A model generated the notes under the pieces. That model was not told the DNA's origin, ran no database searches, and worked only from the letters and a program-made list of their open reading frames with translations. A stretch of DNA of 64,000 nt from an uncultured Gammaproteobacteria bacterium (GTDB taxonomy: Bacteria > Pseudomonadota > Gammaproteobacteria > DRLM01): positions 992,001 through 1,056,000 of the forward strand of contig CAVSNY010000007.1 of assembly GCA_963729605.1 (NCBI GenBank), in the 5' to 3' direction. A program made the translations under genes and the position numbers. This document shows positions 9,192 to 18,482 of this stretch, piece after piece (positions within the stretch are counted from its first letter, which is position 1; each line of letters begins with the position of its first letter).

Positions 9192-11153
9192 TCAGCCCTC
9201 CTTCCTGATGCCGGCTGTCGCGACGAGTTTACCCAACAACCAGCCCCGCGGTGGAACGATCGGTGGCGTGTCGTTCTTGCCATCCATCGTCGTCCACGTG
9301 AACGCAGGGGATGTCTTGCCCTCCCAGCGCAGCGGCCGCGCCTCTTGGCCGGAATTCACGATCACTATCTCATGACCCGCGCCGTTCCACAGCCAGGCGA
9401 CGTGTAAGCGATCATCGCCCGGACTCGGACAGGGTGCGCGTTGGGCGAGCGGCACGGCCTCCGGATTCGCGCCCAACAGGCTCGGCGGCAGGCCGAGACC
9501 CTCGTCCACCGCGGCGAGCATGGCGCGGGCCAGCGCCGCGCGGTGTTCGCCGGCGGGCGCCGCCGCGCAGCGGTGGTAATAGGCCTCCACGAGGAAGGCG
9601 ATGGCATGGTCGTGTTTGGTGCCGGACCAGGTCTGCATGAGGTCCAGCCGGTCGATCGCGGCGGTGGCCTCGCGGATGACGGCCTCGAATTCACCGTCGC
9701 CGAAGCGGCGCTGATAACGCACGAGGTCCCAGATGTTCACGGGAAGATATTGATGAGAGAGTCCCCTCAAGGTCAGCGCGCGGTCGATATAGCCGCCGGG
9801 CATCACCAGGCGCGGGTAACGCGCCTTGATGCGATGCAGGTATTTGGGGATCAGACGCTGCCAGGTGAGCCGCTTGAGTGCGCGCAGCGGCAACGGCAGG
9901 CGGGCGGCGCGCTCGGGCGGGAGCAGCGTGAGCTCGATCAGCCGGAACAGCAAACGATAGAGCGTCTCGGCGGGGCGCTGCATCACCACGGCCCGGCTGG
10001 CGCTGAGCCCCGAGCGCAGTAATTCGGCGTGACGCTCATCGCCGCTCGCCTGCTGATAACGGCTCAGCGCCAGGCTGTTGTCGAGATGGGTATTCAGCAC
10101 CAGCATATTGCTGGGCGATTTGCCGAAGGCGCGGCTGCGCACCCAGCGGAACGGAGAGAGCGCCATGGACTGTTCGGATTTTTCGAGGGTGTCGTGCAGG
10201 AACCACGTGTGTTGCGCGACCTGGTCCGTGTGTCCGGCGAGGAACGCGGCGGCGCGCTCCAGCGCACCTCGCACCGTGGTGTCCCGCGGTGTTTCTTCGA
10301 GGGCCGCGGCCAGCAGATACACGCCGCCCGCGTGCAGGCGGAGATGGCTTTCCATCGTGGTGGTCCACTCGCCGTGATACCAGCCGCCGTCGGCGCGCTG
10401 GCGCGCGATGATGGAGACGACGAGCTGCGCCTTGAACAAGGTGTAGAGGGCCTTCCGCGTCGCGTGCTCGAGGCCCGACAGAATCAGATACAACGAAAAG
10501 GCGTCGAGCTCGTCGCAGATGCGCCAGCGCCGCGGGAATGACCAGTGGCGGCTGTAGACCGAGCCGTGGACGAGGTGGGCGTAGACATCGGCGGGACGCG
10601 TATAGGCGGTGTGCGAGCCGTAGACGAAATACGGCTGCGTCTCCAGCGTGTTCAGCCGTTCCAGGGACGTGGCCAGTTCGGCGGCGGCATCGGCCGGGAA
10701 TCGCCAGATGACCCAATCCAGCGTGTGGCCGGGCTGCGCGTGCAGCGTCAACGCCAGGCGCTCGGGCGTGGCCTGCAGCGCGATGATCTCGGCCGGTTCT
10801 TCGGCGAGTAAATGGCCGTCGTTGTCGAGACGGCGGCTGACGGGCGCGCGCGGTATCCAATACGTCGGCCGGTCGGTGGCGGCCGGCGTAAGCAGCCAGC
10901 CGCCGCCGCGGCAGGCGTCCAGCCGATACGCGCCGTTCAGGGACAGACTCAAGGCGCCGGCCTGCGCGGGGCGGTAACGGCCGAAGCAGCAGCGTGCCGC
11001 GAGGGTGTCGAAGTCGTCGCGGATGATCTCCAGCGTGTCGCCGTCCCGGTAACGCCGTCTCACCAGGGCATCGGTGGCGACCAGGCGTTCACCCGGGTCC
11101 GCCGGTCGGGAAAACCAGTCGTCGAGATCGAGGGCAAGATCGTTGTGGGTCAT
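9192..11153 (-). CDS. Hypothetical (alpha/alpha)-toroid protein, tentatively like D-glucuronyl C5-epimerase
   Basis: Long ORF tightly coupled within the operon. ARQRADGGWY...HTWFLHD...PSNMLVLNTHLDNSLALSRY resembles the C5-epimerase C-terminal blocks (by eye). Confidence 0.6.
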   Translation of the reverse strand: MTHNDLALDLDDWFSRPADPGERLVATDALVRRRYRDGDTLEIIRDDFDTLAARCCFGRYRPAQAGALSLSLNGAYRLDACRGGGWLLTPAATDRPTYWIPRAPVSRRLDNDGHLLAEEPAEIIALQATPERLALTLHAQPGHTLDWVIWRFPADAAAELATSLERLNTLETQPYFVYGSHTAYTRPADVYAHLVHGSVYSRHWSFPRRWRICDELDAFSLYLILSGLEHATRKALYTLFKAQLVVSIIARQRADGGWYHGEWTTTMESHLRLHAGGVYLLAAALEETPRDTTVRGALERAAAFLAGHTDQVAQHTWFLHDTLEKSEQSMALSPFRWVRSRAFGKSPSNMLVLNTHLDNSLALSRYQQASGDERHAELLRSGLSASRAVVMQRPAETLYRLLFRLIELTLLPPERAARLPLPLRALKRLTWQRLIPKYLHRIKARYPRLVMPGGYIDRALTLRGLSHQYLPVNIWDLVRYQRRFGDGEFEAVIREATAAIDRLDLMQTWSGTKHDHAIAFLVEAYYHRCAAAPAGEHRAALARAMLAAVDEGLGLPPSLLGANPEAVPLAQRAPCPSPGDDRLHVAWLWNGAGHEIVIVNSGQEARPLRWEGKTSPAFTWTTMDGKNDTPPIVPPRGWLLGKLVATAGIRKEG

Positions 11154-11161
11154 GGTGCGGC

Positions 11162-12622
11162 TCAATTCGCAAGTCGGAGTAGTTTGCGCCAGCGCGCGGT
11201 TTCGGCGGCGAGCGCGGGCAGCGGCAAAAACAGAAAGGCCGCCGCGTACACCACGGCGCCCGTGCCGCCGACGATCAGGAGATACCAACCCGGCTGCGCC
11301 TGCGCCATGCCGTCCGGCAACAGGAAATGGCTGCCCAGCACGGTCATGACCAGCAGTGCATTGAGTGCGAGGCCCGGCGCCAGCGCGGCGCCCAGTTCGC
11401 TGAGCCGGCTGCGAAAACAGCGGGTCGCGAGAAAATACATGTGCGTGGTGGCGTAGAGCTGGCTCATGACGATGGCCCAGGCCACGCCTTCGAGGCCCCA
11501 GCGCAGGCCGATCAAACAGCCCGCGATGACCAGGCCCAGGGTGATCAATTGCACGACGAGTTCGCGGCCCAAGCGGTTACACGCGGCAAGGACCGCGCCG
11601 CAGGGGTGGCCGACGCAATAAAGCAGCCCCGCGACCGCGAGGATCTCGAGCGGCGGGCCCGCCGCGGCCCACTTTTCGCCATAGACGAAGACGATGAAGG
11701 GTTCGGCGCACCACCACAGGCCGACGTAAAGCGGCAAGGTGTAGACGGTCAGCAGCATGACGGTGCGAAAGAAGAGATATTTGATCTTGTCCGGATTGTC
11801 CTGCTCGCTGGCCATGGCGCGGAAGACTGGCTGATAGACGGCGCTGCTGACCGTGGAGAACGGCATCTTGCCGAGGCTGTCCGCCTTGTTGAACAGGCCG
11901 ACCGCGTGCGCGCCCGTCAGCCGGCTGATGATGACGTTGCTGCTCTGCGCGCGCAGGTAGCTCACGAGGTCATTGGCCGACACCTTCGCCCCGTAACCGC
12001 CGACGCGCCTGGCGGTCGCGGTGTCGAAGCGAAATCGCGGGCGCAGCGGTGTGAGCCGGCGCAGGAGGATCAAATTGAGGAAGGCGCCGGCGAGGCCGCC
12101 GAACACCAGGCTCCACACCCCGAAGCCGGCCCAGGCCAGGATGACGCTGGTCAGTCCCGTAAAGGACGTGCTCACGATGGCGACGATGGTGCGTTCGCGG
12201 AAACGCATCTCGCGATGCAGCCAGGAGTTGTGGATGGTGATCAGCGGGCGCAGCAGAAAGTAAAGCGCGGAGGTGCGTAGTAAATCACGATACAGCTCAT
12301 CGTCGAACCAGACGGCGAAATACGGGGCGATCACATAGAACAAGGCGTAGAGCGCACTACCGACCGTGAGCTGCATCGTGAAGACGACGTGAAAGTCGCG
12401 TTCGCTGGCGTCCTTGGCGCGGACCAGGGCCTGGCCCATGCCGCCGCCGGTGAGCAGGCTGGCCACACCCGTGAAGGCCTGGATCGTGACGATCATGCCG
12501 AAATCGGCGGGGACGAGCAGGCGCGCGAGGATGATGCCGACGATGAATTGCAACACCTGATTGCCGGCGCTGCCGGCCACCAGCCATTTGGCGCCGCGGC
12601 GTATGGATTCACCTAAATTCAT
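11162..12622 (-). CDS. wzx: Wzx/PST-family oligosaccharide flippase
   Basis: LARLLVPADFG and GFGVWSLV motifs with many predicted TM helices over 486 aa. Confidence 0.9.
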   Translation of the reverse strand: MNLGESIRRGAKWLVAGSAGNQVLQFIVGIILARLLVPADFGMIVTIQAFTGVASLLTGGGMGQALVRAKDASERDFHVVFTMQLTVGSALYALFYVIAPYFAVWFDDELYRDLLRTSALYFLLRPLITIHNSWLHREMRFRERTIVAIVSTSFTGLTSVILAWAGFGVWSLVFGGLAGAFLNLILLRRLTPLRPRFRFDTATARRVGGYGAKVSANDLVSYLRAQSSNVIISRLTGAHAVGLFNKADSLGKMPFSTVSSAVYQPVFRAMASEQDNPDKIKYLFFRTVMLLTVYTLPLYVGLWWCAEPFIVFVYGEKWAAAGPPLEILAVAGLLYCVGHPCGAVLAACNRLGRELVVQLITLGLVIAGCLIGLRWGLEGVAWAIVMSQLYATTHMYFLATRCFRSRLSELGAALAPGLALNALLVMTVLGSHFLLPDGMAQAQPGWYLLIVGGTGAVVYAAAFLFLPLPALAAETARWRKLLRLAN

Positions 12623-12817
12623 TTTTTGGGGCGGGTATGCTTGATGTTTATTCGGCTTGTATGCAGAGGCGCCCCGCGATCCGCGATCTTTAACTCAGAC
12701 CCCGCCGCGAGCCGCGGAAGTATAACAGAGGGGTGCTTGCAGAGTCTTGCAACTCGACGCGTTCGGCGCGCGCCGCTCATCATCATGCGGGTCGCCGCAC
12801 AAGGATGTAACCCGTCC

Positions 12818-15800
12818 TCACGCATCGGGGCGCCGGGGCGCATGCCCCGCGAACCCGAGCGGGTTTGCGGGGTGCGTGCGTACGGTTTTTCCATGGGAAA
12901 TTTCCTCGATGTATATGCCGCCCTCGGCGGGATCCAACCACCAGCGGAGGGTGCGGCGAGGCCCCGCCACTTCCACGCCCAGCCGGGAGCCGTTTTCCAG
13001 CAGCCGGGTGCGGTGAGGCGCCTGTTCCCCCACGAAAGTCGGTAGCAGCACGACCAGGAAACTATCTTCCGCGCGGGGTGTGGCCGGCATGATCTCCACC
13101 CGCCAGGCGCCCGGCTCGGCATTTTTACGCCGACCGAGCTTTTTAGCGACACCTTCGCCGTAATTATTACCGTCCACCCAAAATTCCTGGCCCGCGCCGC
13201 CTACCGTGGCGATCAACGGGTCTTTGGGGAGCAGTACGCGGGCGTCGAGTTGCCCCGCGGCACGCCCCGGCGGCTTGGTGACGGGCGGAGGAACGATGAA
13301 GCCGCCGTCGCGGAGCACGGGTTTTTCCAGGGTATGCAACAGCCAGCGTTTGGGGAATCCGGGTTCCGTGGCGATGACGCGATCGAAGATCACAACGACG
13401 TCGTCCACCTGATCGTAGCCGAAGGTGCGCGTGTATTTTTCGACCCGCCGCGTGCGATGGGAAAAAGTGTCTTGGCCGGACAGTTCGTTGGTGTAGGCCG
13501 GGGTGAGGTCGGCCGCCGCCACGGTGAGGCCGTCCTGATCCAGCAGGAGTTGCTCGATTTTGCCGGTGTGGTAAATCTCCCGCTTACTCTCCCATTCCGC
13601 CAAATCCAGTGGACCCGCTTCCACGCCCCAGCCCGAGCCGATGCGGCGCTGGCCGCCGTCGTTGGCGAGGGGGCGCGGTTCTTTGTCGCCGCGCGCCGGC
13701 ATGGGGACGGTGTCCTCCGGGTCGGTGACGGTCACCACGTTGTGGGCGATGGTCTGGTACGCGTAATTCAGGTGGTGGTCGGTGCCGTAGCCGGCGCCGT
13801 AGAAGCCGCTGTCGATGGCCAGCGCGCCGCCTTTGTAAATGGTGAAGGCGCCTTGGTCCAGGTGCACGTGCGACCAGTAATTGTCGCCCGCCTTGAAGGT
13901 GACGTACGTGGAATCCTTGTCCCAGCCCTTGCGGGCGACGATCAATCCCAGACCGTCGAAGTGCTTGGTCAACGGCAAGCGTTGGGCGGCCTGCGGATCG
14001 TATAAGCCGGGGTCGGTGAGCGGACCCCACGGCCAACTAGTGGGGGTGGGCGCCGCGGGCGGGCGGCGCAGGCTGTACGCGGCCGGGTGTCGGTATTCCA
14101 GCGCCAGCGCCGCTTGATCGGGCACGATGCGGTCGAAGAAGCTGGCGTCGCCCCAGCGGAAATGGGTGCCGTCGGGGCGGGTGCGGTACACGAGAAAATC
14201 GAGAAAGCCGCGGAGGCCCGGTTCGGTTTTGAATAAATCCTCGCCGGTGGCGTGGCGCCACATGGCGGGCACCTGATAAATCGCTTGGCCGATGCCGATG
14301 CCGACATATTCGCCGCCTTCGTGCCAGCCGCCGTTTTGACCCATGATCTGCCGCCACACCGGCAGCACGCGGTTCTTCCACAAGTCCTGGGTGAAGGCCA
14401 TGATCGCGTCGGCGCGCGGGTCGTCGCCGTAGGCGGCGATGGCGCAGGCCATCAGCGCCTGGAAGGGGCTGTTGTAGAGGATCACGTTGTAGGGCGAGAG
14501 CCGTTCCTTGCGGATGTAGCGGATTTGATAGTCGCAACCGTCGAGCAGCTTGGCGCGCAATTGGCTGCGTTGTGGTTCGCTCCAGGCGTCGTACAGCCAG
14601 TCGTAGGCCATGGCCAGGGGTTTGACTTGCAGATGGCCGCGCCACTGGAAATCCAAGACCAGCAGGCGCTGATGCAGCAGGTCCAGATCCTGGCTGCCGG
14701 GGTCCAGCACGGCCATCAATACCACGGCCTCCAGATCGCCCTTGCCGCCGGCCGCCCGGCGGCTTTGCACCCGCATGAACTGGGGATTTTCATCACGCAG
14801 CCGGACGATCTCCGCGGCGCTGGGCGCCGGCAGGCGCGGGTGAGTGAAACGAAAGTTGGTCAGAGCGACCGGCATCAGCGTCTCCGGCGCCGGGAGTTGC
14901 GCCAGACGGCTTTCGTCGAGGGGCCGTTCCAGAGGCGCGGAAATGATTATCGAGGCGACAGCGATCAGCGCCAACGCGACGCCCCCCGCCGCCGTGGCCA
15001 GCGAGAGTTGGTGGCGGCGGGGAGGGCGCGACGGCGGAGGGGGAATGTCGCCGGCGTGGCGCGCCAGCCATGCCCAGCACGCGGCCCACGCGAGCAGGCC
15101 CAGCACGGCGTCGGTGATGTCCGGATAGCGGCCGGGTAGCCGCTGCTGCAACCATTCCAGGCCCAAGGCGTAAATGAACAACAGACCGCCTCCCAGCCAG
15201 GCCGCGCGCCGCGTCGAGGCCGGACGCGCCAGGGCGGCCAGCCAGGCCAGCGCCGCGTAAGGCCAGATGGCGGCGATGATGTCCGGTAAACCGGACAAGG
15301 TCTGCATCTGGCCCTTGAAGGGGATCCAATTGATCAGCAGCAGCGGGCCGTGGGGGTCGCTGACCCGCAAATTGTCCAGGCTGTGGGCAAACAGCAGAAG
15401 CAGGGCGGCCAGCCACGGCAGGACGCGCGGCGGTCTGTTGCGCAGCGCGGCCCACAACAACAGACCCGCCCCGGCGCCGGCGATGGCCTCCAACGACAAC
15501 TGCCGACCCACGATCGGCACCTTCAATACCAGCACCGCCGCGATGAAGAGGACGAACAGTTTGGTCGTGTTCAGGCGCGGCTGCGCCACCGCGGTGAACA
15601 CCAGACCCAAGCTTGCGACATGGAGGGCATAGACCGCGCCTTGGGCGAGCGAAAAAGGCACGGCACCGGTGAGGGTCCGCGCCAGCGGGCTGAGTCCCTG
15701 ACGCAGGTTGCCCAAATCCAGCGAGGGTACCCAGGGGCTGAGTTGGGCCAGCGCCCAGAGGCCCAGCGTGATGAGGCCCAGATCAGCGATGGGACCGGGC

Positions 15801-16291
15801 AGAAACCAGCGCTGGCGCAATCGGTGCAAACGGCTGCCGCGAAACTGCTGGGCATTGAAATAACCCGCCAGCACGGCGCCTAGGAAGGTACCGGTACCGT
15901 TGAGCGCGGTATCGAGCGGGGATGACACTCTCTGCGGGAGATAACTTTGCAAATATTCCAGACCGAGGCTGAGCGAGGTTCCGCATAACGTGGCGAGCGC
16001 GAGCGTGGCGCCGCCGCCGAATCGACCTCGCCACCACAGCGCCAGCAATAAGCCGAGGGGCACATAAACCATCAGGTTGGTAACGACGTCACCGCGCGAG
16101 ACATGGGCCGGCCAGTTCAAAGAGATGAAGGTGTGGAGATTGCCGCGTTGCCAGTCCCAGCCGCTCAAGGGAAACAAAGTCCCATAGATGAGCAGTAATA
16201 AATAGGCGCAGCTCAGTTTCCAATACAGAGGTCCGCGGGAGTCGGCACGAGCATGCGATGGCGGGGAGTATTGAGTCACGGTCTCGCTCAT
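12818..16291 (-). CDS. VanZ-like membrane domains fused to a heparinase II/III-like lyase domain
   Basis: Two VanZ-like repeats (NLMVYVPLG..LEYLQSYLPQRVSSPLD and LEWLQQRLPGRYPDITD), then GGWHEGGEY, RWGD, HVHLDQGAFTIY and AHNVV. Alternative start at 16336. Confidence 0.8.
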   Translation of the reverse strand: MSETVTQYSPPSHARADSRGPLYWKLSCAYLLLLIYGTLFPLSGWDWQRGNLHTFISLNWPAHVSRGDVVTNLMVYVPLGLLLALWWRGRFGGGATLALATLCGTSLSLGLEYLQSYLPQRVSSPLDTALNGTGTFLGAVLAGYFNAQQFRGSRLHRLRQRWFLPGPIADLGLITLGLWALAQLSPWVPSLDLGNLRQGLSPLARTLTGAVPFSLAQGAVYALHVASLGLVFTAVAQPRLNTTKLFVLFIAAVLVLKVPIVGRQLSLEAIAGAGAGLLLWAALRNRPPRVLPWLAALLLLFAHSLDNLRVSDPHGPLLLINWIPFKGQMQTLSGLPDIIAAIWPYAALAWLAALARPASTRRAAWLGGGLLFIYALGLEWLQQRLPGRYPDITDAVLGLLAWAACWAWLARHAGDIPPPPSRPPRRHQLSLATAAGGVALALIAVASIIISAPLERPLDESRLAQLPAPETLMPVALTNFRFTHPRLPAPSAAEIVRLRDENPQFMRVQSRRAAGGKGDLEAVVLMAVLDPGSQDLDLLHQRLLVLDFQWRGHLQVKPLAMAYDWLYDAWSEPQRSQLRAKLLDGCDYQIRYIRKERLSPYNVILYNSPFQALMACAIAAYGDDPRADAIMAFTQDLWKNRVLPVWRQIMGQNGGWHEGGEYVGIGIGQAIYQVPAMWRHATGEDLFKTEPGLRGFLDFLVYRTRPDGTHFRWGDASFFDRIVPDQAALALEYRHPAAYSLRRPPAAPTPTSWPWGPLTDPGLYDPQAAQRLPLTKHFDGLGLIVARKGWDKDSTYVTFKAGDNYWSHVHLDQGAFTIYKGGALAIDSGFYGAGYGTDHHLNYAYQTIAHNVVTVTDPEDTVPMPARGDKEPRPLANDGGQRRIGSGWGVEAGPLDLAEWESKREIYHTGKIEQLLLDQDGLTVAAADLTPAYTNELSGQDTFSHRTRRVEKYTRTFGYDQVDDVVVIFDRVIATEPGFPKRWLLHTLEKPVLRDGGFIVPPPVTKPPGRAAGQLDARVLLPKDPLIATVGGAGQEFWVDGNNYGEGVAKKLGRRKNAEPGAWRVEIMPATPRAEDSFLVVLLPTFVGEQAPHRTRLLENGSRLGVEVAGPRRTLRWWLDPAEGGIYIEEISHGKTVRTHPANPLGFAGHAPRRPDA

Positions 16292-16428
16292 GGGCCGGAT
16301 GTCCCGGACAAGGCTGCTGTCCGCTCCATTCCCCATCCCCTGACGGCGCGAGAGTTTCGAGGATGATTGCGGTATGTGGCGGTGAGGGTCATTATTCCGG
16401 ATGAAATTGTATCAGAGGTGTTTTTGCG

Positions 16429-17229
16429 ATGGTGGATGATTACACGGTACGCAAACCCGTATCGCGGTGGCGGGCTTGGTGGGCGGGGCTGGTGTTAACC
16501 ACGTTGAGCGTGAGCGGTCAGGCGCCGGCCGATACCTTGCCCGACACCGTGGCCCGTCTCAAGGCCAGCGTGGTGGGGGTGGGCACCCTGGAGCGCACCC
16601 GCCGGCCGCCGGCCCAGTTGCTCGGCACGGGTTTCGTGGTGGGCGACGGCCGTCATGTCCTGAGCAATGCGCATGTGGTGGCCGGCAAGCTGGATAAGGA
16701 CAAACGGGAAAGCCTGGCGGTGTTCGTCGGCAGCGGGCCGGAGCCGACGTTGCGGCTGGCCACCAAAGTGGCGGAGGACCTCGAACACGATTTGGTGTTG
16801 CTGAAAATTTCCGAGGCGCCGCTGCCGGCGCTGCGGCTGGGGGATTCCGACGCGGTACGTGAAGGAGAGATGTACGCCTTCACCGGGTTTCCCATCGGCG
16901 CGGTGCTGGGTTTGTATCCGGCCACCCATCGCGGCATGATCGCGGCGATCACCCCCATCGCCGTCCCCCTCAATACCGCCAAGCAACTCTCCCCGGATCT
17001 GTTACGGCGCCTGCAAGCCAATTATTCGGTATTTCAATTGGACGCAACGGCCTATCCCGGCAACTCGGGCAGCCCGCTTTACGATACGGCGACCGGCACG
17101 GTGATAGGCGTGATGAATAAAGTCTTCGTGCAGGAAAGCAAAGAGAACGCGCTGCAAAAGCCGAGTGGGATTTCGTATGCGATCCCTATCAATTACGCCA
17201 AGGGTTTATTGAGCAAGGCCGGCCTGTGA
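16429..17229 (+). CDS. Exported trypsin-like serine protease (no PDZ domain)
   Basis: Signal-peptide-like N-terminus; catalytic triad in SNAHVV, HDLVLL and GNSGSP. Confidence 0.88.
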   Translation: MVDDYTVRKPVSRWRAWWAGLVLTTLSVSGQAPADTLPDTVARLKASVVGVGTLERTRRPPAQLLGTGFVVGDGRHVLSNAHVVAGKLDKDKRESLAVFVGSGPEPTLRLATKVAEDLEHDLVLLKISEAPLPALRLGDSDAVREGEMYAFTGFPIGAVLGLYPATHRGMIAAITPIAVPLNTAKQLSPDLLRRLQANYSVFQLDATAYPGNSGSPLYDTATGTVIGVMNKVFVQESKENALQKPSGISYAIPINYAKGLLSKAGL

Positions 17230-17244
17230 TGCCGGCTGGCCCGG

Positions 17245-17270
17245 AAAAGAAAAAGGCGGCTTACGCCGCC
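17245..17270 (-). terminator. Intrinsic terminator on the minus strand
   Basis: GGCGGC-GTAA-GCCGCC followed by TTTTTCTTTT on the minus strand. There is no U-tract in the plus direction. Confidence 0.8.
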
Positions 17271-17385
17271 ATTGAAGTTCTTCTTTGTATCAGAACTGTT
17301 AGTTATTGTTATCCCCAACTGTCTTAAGCGTCGCCGTACTGTAACAGTACGTTCCCCCGACGGCCACCACTGAGACCCAGTGTGC
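17245..17385 (-). ncRNA. Candidate sigma54-dependent small RNA (~140 nt)
   Basis: Bounded by a -24/-12 promoter and an oriented terminator, with a 5' hairpin, an A-rich single-stranded core and no credible ORF. Confidence 0.55.
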
Positions 17386-17394
17386 AATTTGTTA

Positions 17395-17544
17395 CGCATG
17401 GATTGGGCCAGTTGTAGTGGACAACCCTGATTTCAATAACTTAGTTATTCGGTGCGCCTCGCCCCGCCCATGCGGCCTCCCGATCTGTAAAAAAAATCGA
17501 CGGCCATCGGCCGGTTTGCGGCGGGCATGTAAAAAATCCGGATC
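17395..17544 (-). promoter_or_regulatory. Sigma54 promoter with IHF site and two enhancer-like sites
   Basis: Minus strand TGGCCCAATCCATGC (GG-N10-GC, 17410-17396); IHF-like TTTCAATAACTTA at 17431-17443; TGTAAAAAAAATCGACG (17486-17502) and TGTAAAAAATCCGGATC (17528-17544), 42 bp apart. Confidence 0.65.
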
Positions 17545-17702
17545 AATGGTTGTCGAACGGATTGCATGACGGCGCGGGTCCACCCGTTGCAGCGGTAGCC
17601 CGGTCAAGGCAAAACCGTGGTGATGGCAGGGGTGAACGCGCTGTACCTACCGATGTGAGACAGAACCGTCTATCGGCGCAACGCGATACAGGTGGGCGCG
17701 GA

Positions 17703-17730
17703 TTGACGCATCGCGTAGAGCCTGTAATAT
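17703..17730 (+). promoter_or_regulatory. Putative sigma70 promoter of cytochrome c4
   Basis: TTGACG-16 bp-TAATAT upstream of the ORF. Confidence 0.4.
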
Positions 17731-17814
17731 ACGAAACTTCCTTGCTTTGGCAGAACAAAAAATACCGAGGCGCAGTGAGGGGCATAAACCGATAGGCAGC
17801 GAGAGGGGTGGACC

Positions 17815-18456
17815 ATGTGGAATAAGATGCATGTGTGGGTGGCGGTTGCGGCGATGATGATGGGCGCCTCCTTGGCGCAGGCGGCCGGGCTGCCTGGCGA
17901 TCCCGCCGCCGGTGAGGCGAAGGCGGGTCTATGCGGGGGCTGCCATGGTTTCGACGGCAATAGCGAAGACGCGACCTTCCCGCGTCTGGCCGGACAATAC
18001 GCCGAATACATCGCCAAGCAAATACGGGATTTTCAGCGCGGTCTGCGCACCAATAACGAAACCATGGCCGGCATGGCGGCCATGGTGGAGAGCGAGCAGG
18101 ACGCCCGCGACATCGGTTCTTTTTTCCAGCAACAGAAGATAGCCAAGACGTCCTTGACCAGCGCCGACAAAAAATTGGTGGAGAAGGGTGAAAAAATCTT
18201 TTACCAGGGCAATCCCAAGGCCAATGTCTATGCCTGCGTGAATTGCCACGGCGAGCGCGGCCGCGGCAAGGCGCCCAATGTGTCGGTGTTTCCGGTGATC
18301 GGCGGCCAGCACCGCGATTATCTGCTCAAACAGCTCAATGATTTCCGGGCCGGGGAGCGCAGCAACGACCCCGCCGGGATGATGACCGACATCGCCAAGG
18401 CGCTCACCGAAGAAGAGATACAGGCGGTGTCGGCATATCTGGCCAGCCAGCTTTAA
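17815..18456 (+). CDS. Dihaem cytochrome c4
   Basis: Signal peptide, CGGCHG and CVNCHG haem motifs, PRLAGQ, and axial Met segments. Confidence 0.93.
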   Translation: MWNKMHVWVAVAAMMMGASLAQAAGLPGDPAAGEAKAGLCGGCHGFDGNSEDATFPRLAGQYAEYIAKQIRDFQRGLRTNNETMAGMAAMVESEQDARDIGSFFQQQKIAKTSLTSADKKLVEKGEKIFYQGNPKANVYACVNCHGERGRGKAPNVSVFPVIGGQHRDYLLKQLNDFRAGERSNDPAGMMTDIAKALTEEEIQAVSAYLASQL

Positions 18457-18482
18457 AACGCACGGCTATCCAGCGTGTGCCG

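Noticed and set aside
17193-17399. 68-aa minus-strand ORF over the candidate sRNA
   Set aside because: Its ATG lies inside the -12 promoter element, it has no RBS, and it reads through the terminator into the protease gene.
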